A stretch of 63,687 nt of DNA, counting the filler, from Octopus bimaculoides (Eukaryota): assembly GCF_001194135.2 (NCBI RefSeq). It is 6 parts of 5 records of this genome, joined end to end, with 100 filler letters (N's around TTAATTAATTAA, not from the genome) between each part and the next. Parts side by side here need not be neighbours in the genome. Positions count along the whole stretch, not along the records: positions 1 to 23,988 come from NC_068984.1; 5 more parts are not named here. The stretch is one strand, 5' to 3'. How positions within the stretch are numbered: the first letter of the stretch is position 1; each line of letters opens with the position of its first letter. Positions 1-12,584 of this stretch are shown piece after piece. The position numbers and the translations under genes are program-made. The notes under the pieces are model-generated. The model saw nothing but the letters and a program-made list of their open reading frames with translations. It was not told where the DNA came from and searched no databases.

Positions 1-102
1 GGGTTCACTCAATAAACACTCACAACGCCCGGTCTGGGAACCGAAACCGCGATTCTACGACCGCGAGTCCGCCGCCCTAACCACTGGGCCATTGCGCCTC
101 CA
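1..102 (-). mobile_element. tRNA-derived SINE head (window-truncated)
   Basis: Reverse complement reads TGGAGGCGCAATGGCCCAGTGGTTAGGGCGG...GGTTTCGGTTCCCAGACC, with A-box/B-box-like Pol III motifs; related heads at 14306 and 38420. Confidence 0.75.
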
Positions 103-1910
103 CACACACACCTATTTGCGAGACCATCGTGCGGTGATCTACGACGGTCATAGTCCCGTGCAAAAACTAATAAAGATAAAAGTAGACACTCGACTATGTA
201 TTGAGGGAGAGAGATGAGGCAGAGTCGCAAACGTTACGAGGAACAACAATCGAATGAGTGCCATCACACTTAAGAGAAAACATGGTTAATTCTTATGCAG
301 TAACCGGAAGAAAACAATCGCTTCACGATTGGGTTTTCTTCTCTTGCAGTAGTTACCTTTATTTATAGATAATTTTAACTTAAAGGGCATACTTTTGATC
401 TACTGAAGTTGCATCCATTTATGGTTAGAACTTGTTGACAATTCGTGTTAGAAAATGTTCGTATTTGACGTCTTTGCATCGAACTACACACCGTTAGAAG
501 TTATGATGCTCTAGAATTGTCTAAGATAAAATAAAATCTCTGCACCGACTTGTTATATATATCGCAGTGAGATGAACACTTACTGTTCATCTGCACTGGA
601 AAATCGAATATTCTTTTCTCACCCACACTATTAACTAGCTGATCTACGTTATTTAGAGAAAATTTCAACTGGACATTTGTCCAATAATTGTGTATTACGT
701 CTACAGCTCTAAATTTAGACTTACAACATTAATTCTATAGTCCACCTTGGTATAAGAAGAACGTTTCATTTTATAAATGTATGGCACTTATCGCTTTCTT
801 TCGAGGTAGTGCTGTGAATCTGCAACAAATGCCACGTATGTAATAAAATTAAACTTAAATTGTATCGTCTGAAAGCTATTTTACTTATAAAAAAACTTAC
901 CCATCCTTTTGAACTCTTGTCAATAGACGTCAAAATAAAAGAATAAATAAATCATTAAATAAATACCCTCCTCCGCATTCTAAAATTTCAAAGATGCACT
1001 TCGCTTCTATTTCTGAAATGTAATTACTTATTCGTCCAGATACTGATGTGTCCTGTTTCGTGCCTAAGGAGATAAACTAAAACCGAAACAGATGGAACTT
1101 TCACGATCTTGTGTAATTCCTTCGAGAACTCGCAGAGCGAAAGGCAGAGTAGGATTGATTATCTGGAACTACATAAAGTTAGCACTTGAAAGTTGACTGA
1201 CCCCCAAATATAGTTACAGTCTCTGGCTGAAACAACTAAAAGGAAAATTAATTTCAATACAGGTGACTGTATTACAGAACGTTCTACATATTTTGTGCAA
1301 CAACAAACGAGAATTTCACGAAAGGCGCTTCTCATTTTCTAGAAAACTACTTCTACCGGTTCAATATTCTTCCACTTGGTTTTCCGAACTTGGTATGTTT
1401 GTTTGCACCAGAGTGTACGAGATTCCAAATTCGAATTTACTAGTGGAACTCCTTGGACTTCTAAACCATAATCTTTATTTTGCTCATGTGAAATTCATAA
1501 ATTCCAAGGAAGACATGATTTATACAAGAGATCTAGCTCCTGATCGACACGAAACACTTGAAATTATGCCAATTAGTCATGATGTACAGCCAGTCCAACC
1601 TGCGATGGCAAATAGACAGCTGCAGTTAATGAAAATTCTAAAATAATACAAAACCAATTTTTCCTCTTCATCTGACCATCACCCTCAACGAGAACGCTAA
1701 ATGTGTACCACTTCTTATGGATAAGAATTTGTAAACCAGTCGAAAGTGTCATTTAGTAAATACTATTTTTAATAAGGTAAAACATAATGATTGGTTGCAT
1801 GATAATACTTATAAAAATTAATGGCCAAAGTGAACTTGAAAAAAACAAAGTTTAATATTGTTGTTGTCAAGGATAAAATAGATCTATATTTAAGAGATGA
1901 GGAATTATGT

Positions 1911-2110
1911 ACATTATTTACATTATTTACATTTGACGGATATTTGTCCCCATCTTGTTTGTTGTTAACACAACGTTTCGGCTGATATACCCTCCAGCCT
2001 TCATCAGCTGTCTTGGGGAAATTTCGAACTTGGGTTTATCAGCCGAAATGTTGTGTTAACAACAAACAAGATGAGGACAAATATCCGTCAAATGTAAATA
2101 ATGTAAATAG
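1911..2110. repeat. Inverted-repeat hairpin made of Penelope-type terminal sequence, containing a hammerhead-like core
   Basis: Arm ~1911-1987 (..atttgacggatatttgtccccatcttgtttgttgttaacacaacgtttcggctgata) is reverse-complemented at ~2037-2110; a single copy of the same sequence lies at 59285-59400 next to a PLE GIY-YIG fragment. Confidence 0.8.
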
Positions 2111-3175
2111 TGAAGGATAAAATAGGTTTAACAGTTTAACGTATTCCATAAATGGGGGTAAAGATTGTATGACGGGTGTATTAGTATACTTGCACAAGCA
2201 GTAACAATTTATCAAAAATCGGAAATATTAGAAGATCAGCTTAATTAACTATTTTCTACGTACCTCTTACAGTAGACACCATTTATAAGAAACTAACAAT
2301 ATAAGTTTCTTTTAAATTAACTAAAGAATGTAAAGAATAAAAAGTTTAGAATGGTATAACAATGCACTATAGAACAAAAAATGGACTATATACCTGTTGT
2401 AATTTGGTTATCTATAGTCCCATGATATTTCGGAATTAGAATTCCTTCTTCAGATCTTCTTTGCTGGAGTCTCTGCTATAGAAACAGGTGTGATGTTGGA
2501 ATTTTATTCATATACGCGAAATTTCATTCGCTTCCTGTAAAACAAAAAGAGTATTTGCTTGGTTAGATTCAGAGGTATATCGAATAAATTTACTACGAGC
2601 AAGGCTAGTTTAGATAGTTATTTAGAAGTTGGACTCTTTGAAAGAAGCTTTTATTCTAAATGTGCTTAACGCATGTCTGTTTCTGCTTGGAAACATTACG
2701 AAGCAATCGCCTCTGCAGACTACTATTTTGGATTAGATCAGTATTTTGTCCATTTTTCTTTATTCTAGTATGTATAACATTATGGTTTGCGTGTTTATTT
2801 TCTTTTCATCGTATTATATTAGCCTGTTCTGCGATAGATACGATGAGAGAAATGCTCAGATTGGCTTACTGCCTCTATCGCTGATATATATTTTAAAATA
2901 AAGGTAAATAATTCTTTTCGAAATCAATCATTTTGATCAGGAAGAATTTTTCAATCAACATATACAATTCTAACAATTCTGCTGGGGCTGGTGCGTTATT
3001 TATCTATCACGAGAAGTTGAAAGAGAAAGTTGACCTGTAGGGGATCTAGTTTTACAATACAGAAAGCCGGAACAAATTTCATGAATAAACTAACAATGAT
3101 TTAACGCTGCCTCATAAGATTTTCAACTAAATATTTCTATTATAAATCACAGCTGCAATTACAAAACAAACGAGT

Positions 3176-3468
3176 CAACTAAGCTATGAAATGAGACACG
3201 AAGCGATCCTTTAAATGAATCATGAAGTATGGCGTGAACTACGTCATGAACTGAGGCGTGCATTTACCCAAGACTTGAGCCATAAACTCGGCTATTAACT
3301 GGGACATCAACTGAGTATTGAACTGAGCCAGAACTGAGCTATGAATTTAGTTATGAACTGAATCATAAAATGAGCTGTGAAATAAATCATAACCTAAGAA
3401 CCACAAACTGGGCCACAAACTGGTCCACAAACCTAGTCATGACTTGAGTCAAGAACTGAGTCATGAGC
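3176..3468. repeat. Degenerate 12-bp minisatellite (~24 units, consensus GAACTGAGTCAT)
   Basis: Units read in 12-bp phase, e.g. gaactacgtcat, gacttgagccat, gaactgagctat, gaactgaatcat, gacttgagtcaa, gaactgagtcat; two small phase slips. Confidence 0.8.
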
Positions 3469-3633
3469 ACTGCAGTTGAAACTCGAAACATTTGGTAAAA
3501 CCTATGCGAACAATGTGACAAAATAAATGTAAATAGTTTTGCCTGTCTTAAAATCTAAATTCCATTTATTTTAAATTTGTAAAATAATCTAACATTTCAT
3601 AAACATTAGGCTGTCAATATTGTGTGTACTTAC

Positions 3634-3642
<9 letters not shown>

Positions 3643-3696
<54 letters not shown>

Positions 3697-4075
3697 NNNN
3701 NNNNNNNNNNNNNTATGGGGGGGGGTGTACACTATCCCTTGTATCTCAAATTATTCTTTACGATATTCTATAGAAGAATTGTGCAAAGATTTAAAGGTAA
3801 AAATATAAACTATATATGTATGTATATATATATGTGTGTGTGTGTCTGTGTGTTTATGTGTGTTGGTGTAGATATATATATGTATGTGTGTATATGTGTA
3901 TGTCTGTGTGTGTGTTCATGTAAGATGTATGTATGTATGAATGAATGTCTGTATGCATACATGTGTGTATGTATGTATGTATGTATGTATGTATGTATGT
4001 ATGTATGTATCTATGTTTGTATGTATGTATGCATGCATGTATGTATGTATGCATGCATGTATGTATGTGTGTGAA
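3643..4075. repeat. Compound (TA)n/(TG)n/(TATG)n microsatellites
   Basis: Directly visible simple repeats around a short gap. Confidence 0.95.
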
Positions 4076-4365
4076 TGTATGCGATACCTATTTATTTCTT
4101 ATTCTTGCTAGTTATGTTATCCGAACGTATGTGAATTTGCTTCTTATTAGTTTTGAGTGTAATTTCAATAGTTTGCTAAGTCTGAATAGCTGAATACATC
4201 AAACTGTCTACTCCAGAACCAGAAAAGCTGTAGGCAAAAATATATAGAGAAATTATTCTGCAGTAGAACAGTAGAATATCTCCCAAAGATATTTCACATA
4301 CATCCAAAGTAAGCTTTGAGATTCATATACTTGATCATAAGTGCATTGATTTGGTTGTGTGTGCC

Positions 4366-4417
<52 letters not shown>

Positions 4418-4763
4418 NNNNNNNNNNNNNNNNNNNNNNNNNNNNNNNNNNNNNNNNNNNNNNNNNNNNNNNNNNNNNNNNNNNNNNNNNNNNNNNNNNN
4501 NNNNNNNNNNNNNNNNNNNNNNNNNNNNNNNNNNNNNNNNNNNNNNNNNNNNNNNNNNNNNNNNNNNNNNNNNNNNNNNNNNNNNNNNNNNNNNNNNNNN
4601 NNNNNNNNNNNNNNNNNNNNNNNNNNNNNNNNNNNNNNNNNNNNNNNNNNNNNNNNNNNNNNNNNNNNNNNNNNNNNNNNNNNNNNNNNNNNNNNNNNNN
4701 NNNNNNNNNNNNNNNNNNNNNNNNNNNNNNNNNNNNNNNNNNNNNNNNNNNNNNNNNNNNNNN

Positions 4764-4795
<32 letters not shown>

Positions 4796-5439
4796 CATAT
4801 ACATGTATATATGTACGTATGCATGTGTATGTATATGTATACATATACACAAATACGCATATAACCATATATATACATATATGTATATATATATCGATAG
4901 ATATAGATATATGTATGTGTAATGTTCGTGCGTGTGCGAGAGCATAAGTCTATTCACACATCTGCTAACTCATCATGTGTTCTCATAGAGTTTAATCGAA
5001 TGCAACAAAATATTGATGCTTGATAAAGACGCCAATTTTTTTTAAACACCAAAAAACATAATAATTACACTTAACTGTAACCCTAAACCTATTAAAGACC
5101 TTCTACGTAGTAGTCATATTTAGCTCTGAATTTCTCTTTCAGTTGTAGCTGAAAACAAAGATTGCAGTCAGAAAAAATGTTTACGCACGTAGAATGATTA
5201 TAAATACAATGTTTATTAAAACACTGCTCATTATCAAAATTTAATGGAATCCACACACACACACACACAGAGTAGCGTGCGTGTGTACTTACATACACGC
5301 AGGCAGGCAAAGCATAGGAAATGCAGATGCAAAAGTACAGAACAAGAAGTTGAAAGTTTTAAAATATTGCAGCTGAAGTTGAAATTTGATGTTTCATAAA
5401 ATGCATTTTGAAAATGTGTGCGCGTGTGGATGCATGTGG

Positions 5440-5945
5440 CTCAACCAAGGTGAGCTACTCCTGTTTAGACAACATCGCATCAACAGACGTGACAAAATGC
5501 GCCTGCATAACCTCACAAACCCAACTTGCAATTGCCGAAACTCCACCACCTGCCCTCTAGAATGGTCCTACCTCTCAAGGGCTGCAGTATACAGAGCCAC
5601 TGTTATACCATCCGATGGTATCACTAGGCACTATACGGGTATAACAACCAATGATTTCAAGAGACGATATTCTCCCAGCACATGCACTCATTCAGATCCA
5701 GAGATGGTGAGAACCCTACTTCCCTGTCTCGCTTTATCTGGAGACTCCATGACATCCGAGACGAAATACCCAGCATCAAGTGGACTATTGTCGACAGGGT
5801 GCCACTATATTCACCCGGCCACTTTAATTGCCAGTTCTGTCTCCGCAAAAAACTGCCCATTTTCTACCAACCTGCAGTATCCATCAACAAGAAATAGATC
5901 TATCCTATTGCTGTCACCAAAAGTATGCACGTCTGGTAGGTAAAC
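5440..5945 (+). mobile_element. Penelope-like element fragment (GIY-YIG endonuclease end), frameshifted
   Basis: Translates to KVSYSCLDNI..CNCRNSTTCPLE..VYRATV..YTGITTNDFKRRY / HMHSFR..TSLSRFIWRL..IKWTIV..CQFCLRKK, the typical PLE CNC-CPL/GIY-YIG C-terminus. Confidence 0.85.
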
Positions 5946-5984
5946 TCGAGACTGTCACCAAAAGTATGTACGCCTGATAACTCG

Positions 5985-7200
5985 AGACTGGAATGAATCA
6001 TCTGTGCCACAGGAATGGATAAATGGTATTCTAATATCTATATACAAGTGTAAGGGCTCAAAAGAGGCGTGTGGTAATTCTAGAGGGATAACTCTCTTTT
6101 GCACATACCAGGAAGAGACTTTCAAGGATCAAATTAGATCGTTTCGTTAAGAATGTGTCCACATATGATTCCCGAATAACGGTGTGGTTTGAGACCTCAG
6201 CGAGGAACAATGAACATGATATTTTCTGCGATGCAGGTTAAGGAGAAATGGTTCAAAAAACTATACCAGGTCATCATAGATTAAACTAAAGTATTTAGAA
6301 ATTACTATTGAATGGGCAGATAGAGGTATTTCCCTGCAGACAAAAATCAACGCCAGACGTGGACTAATTACAGGTGTCATATGAAAATACTGGATAGATT
6401 TCATCCAAAAGAACTCAAATATATCTTGGGAATCAAGTGGGAATTTTTTCATACCAGATACAGAAGTTTTGCGCATGGTACGTTGTAACTCAATTGAACA
6501 ACATGTTATCTTGGCTCAAATGAGATGGGCTGGGCATGTCATTAAGATGAAAGATGAACGATTGCCAGGGTGTCATTTTTATGGTGAGCTCAACTCTGGT
6601 AAGCGACTACAGCATAAGCCGATGAAAAGATATAAAGACTGTCTGAAGGAAAACCTGAAGAAACTAAATATGAAGAAAAGTGATTGGGAAATTGACGTTC
6701 TGGATCGAAACAGGTGTAGAGGTGTTGTTAGGACTGGTTGCAGTGCCTAAAAGGAAAATACGATTCAGCCCACGGAGCTTGAAAGGGCCCGTTGCAAAGG
6801 AACAATTTCAACTGAAGTCAACAGTGGACATTGGATATGTATTACTTGTGATCGTGTTCTGTTGTCAAAAGCGGGATACGTGAATCATATGAAGTCACAT
6901 GAAAATCAAATTTCCAAGCAGGTAACATCAATAGCCTCTTATGATTTGTGTCATATGTCACAAAACTTGTAAGGCAATATCTGAACTTAAAAGACATATG
7001 TTAGTTCACAAAATTTTCCTTCAGAATCAGATTCCAAAGGGTAAAGACATAGAAGAAACTTGATTTAAAATCCGTCACTTGTGTTTTAAACCCTGTCAGT
7101 CAGCAGCTGGTCTTAAAACCCATCTGAGGGCTCAACAACGGAAGAGTTATTCTGTGTGATGGTGTGCGTTGTGTGTGTGTTGATGGGACGGCTTTCATCT
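5985..7200 (+). mobile_element. RTE-clade LINE, internally deleted, with C-terminal C2H2 zinc fingers
   Basis: Degenerate KCKGSKEACGNSRGITL and LRPQRGTMNMIFS motifs; ORF 6469-6750 QMRWAGHVIKMKDERLP..FYGEL..KRYKDCLKENLK; C2H2 motifs at 6838-6900, 6947-7009, 7073-7135. Confidence 0.85.
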
Positions 7201-7936
7201 GTCAAGATAAAGCAATAATCATGTATGTATGTATCGTCAGCGTTGACTGTCCGTCGTAGGTCGTTGCTGACTGTTCTTTTCAGAAGTCATCTCTGAATAA
7301 AACGTCTTTGCACGACGAGTAAAGTAGCTGGCATCGATAAATACATATATACATGCATAAGACCACACTGATTATTTGTTTGTAGTGGTCAAATGTTTGT
7401 GTTCACATAAGTTCACTCCCTCCATCAAATCGACATGAGCTACACAGGTGCACCATGTACCACATGTCAAATGACGAAATGATCGCAAAGTTTAAGTTCT
7501 TTGAGTGACCTCCCTAATTTCTAATTTGACCACGTTTTGACGCACAAGTATATTTCTACCGCCTCGTTTTGATAACGTTTACAGAATTAGATTCTTTTCA
7601 TTGGTATTTTAAAATTTATTTCAATGTAATAAAAACATTAAAAAAATAGGCGAAAAAGAGAACTATACTGCTTAGAGTTTGCTTCAATGCGTTACTTTTA
7701 TCTTCTGAAGACAACCATTTTTGTACCTTTGTCTTTACGGAACTAACTTTCTATTATATTATCTCCCAATATAACCGCGTAACAGCTACTTATAATGAAT
7801 ATAACCACATTTAATTTTATCGCAGAACTTGATACACTGGAAGGCGTAGACGTGTTTTCTAAAAAGTAAAAGTTGGCCTTACAAATATCATTCACACTAC
7901 CGTATATATACTTTTAAATCTCTCTCTTCCCCTCTC

Positions 7937-7995
<59 letters not shown>

Positions 7996-8005
7996 NNNNN
8001 NNNNN

Positions 8006-8037
<32 letters not shown>

Positions 8038-8311
8038 GTCTGTCTGTCTGTCTGTCTGTATGTATGTATGTATGTATGTATGTATGTAGTTATGTACGGG
8101 TGCTTATGCGTGTAAGCGGGGTATTGTGTATGTATGTATATGCGTGTGCGTATATGAATATGACAAAGAAGACCAAATTCAAATTAATCAATGGGTTGCT
8201 TGAATCAGAATTTATATTCTTTACTCTTGGAATATTTGTCCCATATATTAATTACATGTTTTAGCCATGTTTGTTTTATCAGGAAGATAATTAAGCAATG
8301 TGCTTATATAA

Positions 8312-8344
<33 letters not shown>

Positions 8345-9157
8345 TGTATGTATGTATGTATGTATATAAATATATATATATAAATATATATATGTACATA
8401 NNNNNNNNNNNNNNNNNNNNNNNNNNNNNNNNNNNNNNNNNNNNNNNNNNNNNNNNNNNNNNNNNNNNNNNNNNNNNNNNNNNNNNNNNNNNNNNNNNNN
8501 NNNNNNNNNNNNNNNNNNNNNNNNNNNNNNNNNNNNNNNNNNNNNNNNNNNNNNNNNNNNNNNNNNNNNNNNNNNNNNNNNNNNNNNNNNNNNNNNNNNN
8601 NNNNNNNNNNNNNNNNNNNNNNNNNNNNNNNNNNNNNNNNNNNNNNNNNNNNNNNNNNNNNNNNNNNNNNNNNNNNNNNNNNNNNNNNNNNNNNNNNNNN
8701 NNNNNNNNNNNNNNNNNNNNNNNNNNNNNNNNNNNNNNNNNNNNNNNNNNNNNNNNNNNNNNNNNNNNNNNNNNNNNNNNNNNNNNNNNNNNNNNNNNNN
8801 NNNNNNNNNNNNNNNNNNNNNNNNNNNNNNNNNNNNNNNNNNNNNNNNNNNNNNNNNNNNNNNNNNNNNNNNNNNNNNNNNNNNNNNNNNNNNNNNNNNN
8901 NNNNNNNNNNNNNNNNNNNNNNNNNNNNNNNNNNNNNNNNNNNNNNNNNNNNNNNNNNNNNNNNNNNNNNNNNNNNNNNNNNNNNNNNNNNNNNNNNNNN
9001 NNNNNNNNNNNNNNNNNNNNNNNNNNNNNNNNNNNNNNNNNNNNNNNNNNNNNNNNNNNNNNNNNNNNNNNNNNNNNNNNNNNNNNNNNNNNNNNNNNNN
9101 NNNNNNNNNNNNNNNNNNNNNNNNNATATATATATATATATATATACAGGTATTTAA

Positions 9158-9285
9158 ATATCTGTTCCGCGGATTAATTACCTGTTTCAATATGTCGGTC
9201 TTAACAAGAACGACAATTAGCTTAATGATCGTTTCTGATAAGACCGACATGGCAGAAGCGGATAATTAATCCGTAGAACAAATAT
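9158..9285. repeat. Small imperfect palindromic (MITE-like) element
   Basis: atatctgttccgcggattaatta..atgtcggtcttaacaagaacga pairs with tcgtttctgataagaccgacat..taattaatccgtagaacaaatat around a ~15-nt loop. Confidence 0.65.
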
Positions 9286-10272
9286 ACAAATTCTACTACA
9301 TACATACATACATACATACATATATCCTTCTCTGTGTGTGTATGTGGGTGTGTATACATACACACACAGACACACACACACGCACATATATACACATATA
9401 TATATGTGTATATATACATACATGCATGTACCTATGTAGGTAGTTATGTATATATGTATCACCATTTGTGTATTTGACTTACGGATTAATAGATATATAT
9501 TTGTGACTGTGTCGATGTATGTGTGTGTGTATATATATATATGTATGTATGTATGCATGTATGTATATATACACGCAGGCGCATACACACTTACGTACAC
9601 AGATACACAAACTTACATATACGTTTATTTCGATCTGTACGCTTATACTGACAAATAACGCCGAGCATATCGCATACACGCCCTTCTCTCTCTCCCTCTC
9701 CCCCCTCTCTCTCTCTCTCTCTCCCTCTCCCCCCTCTCTCTCTCTCTCACTCGACACACACACATAGGCACTCCTACACTAGTTTTTCCATAACTTTAAT
9801 CATGCACACACAAATGCTTACACAATCTTACGTAACATCTTCCAATTTACCCTCCTAATAATTTCACTTATATCAAACTTCGCCATTGTTGTTGCTGTCG
9901 ATGTTGTTTTTTTTTTGCTTTGTTGATGTCGTTACTGCTGCTGTTGTTGTTGTCTTTCTTGGTATTGTAGTTGTTGTTGTCGAGATGAGCAATGATTAAC
10001 CTGATCTATGATAAAAGATATTTCTCATGTGATCGCCCCACTTTTCTTGAGAAGCAATGTGTTAAGTCTTCTCCGTTTGATTTAAGACAGTTACGTGTGA
10101 CATGAGGAAAATTTTGTTGTCACTAGTGAAGTCAGAGTGGCCTCGTGAACCCACTGTATGCTCGGCAAATATAATCGTAAAATACTCTGATGTTCTTCTG
10201 ATATTCCTTTCACAGAGAGGAACACAGAAAGAAACAAGGAGAGAAAAGAGAATGTGTAGTGGCTAGTGATCT

Positions 10273-10306
<34 letters not shown>

Positions 10307-11186
10307 NNNNNNNNNNNNNNNNNNNNNNNNNNNNNNNNNNNNNNNNNNNNNNNNNNNNNNNNNNNNNNNNNNNNNNNNNNNNNNNNNNNNNNNNNNNNNN
10401 NNNNNNNNNNNNNNNNNNNNNNNNNNNNNNNNNNNNNNNNNNNNNNNNNNNNNNNNNNNNNNNNNNNNNNNNNNNNNNNNNNNNNNNNNNNNNNNNNNNN
10501 NNNNNNNNNNNNNNNNNNNNNNNNNNNNNNNNNNNNNNNNNNNNNNNNNNNNNNNNNNNNNNNNNNNNNNNNNNNNNNNNNNNNNNNNNNNNNNNNNNNN
10601 NNNNNNNNNNNNNNNNNNNNNNNNNNNNNNNNNNNNNNNNNNNNNNNNNNNNNNNNNNNNNNNNNNNNNNNNNNNNNNNNNNNNNNNNNNNNNNNNNNNN
10701 NNNNNNNNNNNNNNNNNNNNNNNNNNNNNNNNNNNNNNNNNNNNNNNNNNNNNNNNNNNNNNNNNNNNNNNNNNNNNNNNNNNNNNNNNNNNNNNNNNNN
10801 NNNNNNNNNNNNNNNNNNNNNNNNNNNNNNNNNNNNNNNNNNNNNNNNNNNNNNNNNNNNNNNNNNNNNNNNNNNNNNNNNNNNNNNNNNNNNNNNNNNN
10901 NNNNNNNNNNNNNNNNNNNNNNNNNNNNNNNNNNNNNNNNNNNNNNNNNNNNNNNNNNNNNNNNNNNNNNNNNNNNNNNNNNNNNNNNNNNNNNNNNNNN
11001 NNNNNNNNNNNNNNNNNNNNNNNNNNNNNNNNNNNNNNNNNNNNNNNNNNNNNNNNNNNNNNNNNNNNNNNNNNNNNNNNNNNNNNNNNNNNNNNNNNNN
11101 NNNNNNNNNNNNNNNNNNNNNNNNNNNNNNNNNNGTTGAGGGTCAAACACAGGCACACAAACATATACACATACATATATATATAC

Positions 11187-11349
11187 AACGGGCTTCTTTC
11201 AGTTCCCGTCTACCAAATCCACTCACAAGGCTTTGGTCGGTCCGAGGCTATAGTAGAAGACACTTGCCCAAGATGCCACGCAGTGAAACTGAACCTGGAA
11301 CCATGTGGTTCGTAAGCAAGCTACTTACCACACAGCCACTCCTACGCCT
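11187..11349 (-). mobile_element. Bipartite tRNA-derived SINE, head part
   Basis: Near-identical to copies at 47040-47195, 49416-49578 and 53575-53732 (..ggcttctttcagtttccgtctaccaaatccactcacaaggctttggtcgg..). Confidence 0.9.
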
Positions 11350-11629
11350 ACAATAATAATACTTTTTTGATGCATTATTTTTCTACACTGAGGAGAAGAG
11401 TAATATGTAATTAATTAATCTAGTTTGATTTAATTAATTTCTAATTATTCTACCATGTTATTTACATGCTAATATTGCTATTCGAAATGATCGTATACTT
11501 GTATTAAAATGCTTTTTTTTACAATTTTAACATCTTCTCTTCTCCATTATTAACAGTCTCTTGAGTTTCTATGGGATACCTTTCCATGAATTCTCATCTC
11601 ATACCTTACACACACACATACACACACAC

Positions 11630-11669
<40 letters not shown>

Positions 11670-11684
11670 GTGTTTGTGTTCATG

Positions 11685-11888
11685 TGTCCGTGTTTGTCCC
11701 CCACCATTGCTTGACAACTGATGTTGTTAGGTATACCTCTCCGTAACTTAGCGATTCGGCAAAAGAGAACGATACTATAAATATTAGGCTTACAAAGAAT
11801 AAGTTGTGGTGTCGACTTGTTCGACTAAAAAGGCGGTGCTCCAGTATGTCCGCAGTCAAATGACGGAAACAAATAATAGAGTAAAAGA
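11685..11888 (+). mobile_element. Bipartite SINE, tail part
   Basis: tgtttgtcccccacc..cttagcgattcggcaaaagag..aggcttacaaagaataag..aggcggtgctccag..cagtcaaatgac, shared with 49625-49842 and several inverted copies. Confidence 0.85.
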
Positions 11889-12074
11889 GAATATACATAT
11901 ATATAAGTTCTTTTTCTTTTTACATATCGACTCATAATGAAGGTATTTTTATATTAAACTGAAGAATAACTCGCCGTAAGCTTCAGTCAGCTCGCCGTAA
12001 TTCAGACAGTCAGATGAAGTGCAACAGGCCGAATCTTCGAAGTCGTTGTCACCACTCTTCTAGTGAAAGTCTAA

Positions 12075-12116
<42 letters not shown>

Positions 12117-12545
12117 TAAAAATAAATTCATATATGTATATGCATGTATGTGTGTATTATATTATATCATATTACATTATATTATATTGTATTATATTTT
12201 ATTATATTTTGTTATATTATAAGAATTCGTATGCACACAGCTTTCTGTTGGTTTCATATCATTATTCCTGATGTGTAAATAGTATTAGGCTTGATATACT
12301 TCTACAGTTAGCATAATAATGCTCTTATCTATTCTGTCAAACGTGGTACAAATCTCATGCATAATGTCTCATATCTTACGTTCAGAGACTTATTATCAGT
12401 TATTTATCTGTTATGTCATTGACAGAGTAAAATATTGCGAACGGCAACTTGTTGCAGACATTTAGACATTTATTAACGTTTATATATTGAAAACACAAAA
12501 GTTACTGAACATACAACATGTTATAAAGGTATAGAATGTTCTTGG

Positions 12546-12584
<39 letters not shown>

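Noticed and set aside
1-102. Functional tRNA genes at SINE heads (also 14306, 38420, 49416, 59969)
   Set aside because: They have A/B boxes but no complete cloverleaf and run into SINE bodies.
1160-1340. Minus-strand KMRSAFREILVCCC resembling GPCR helix 8; plus-strand 127-aa ORF 1263-1646
   Set aside because: No NPxxY or transmembrane exons were found, and there is an in-frame stop just upstream; the plus ORF has no recognisable motif.
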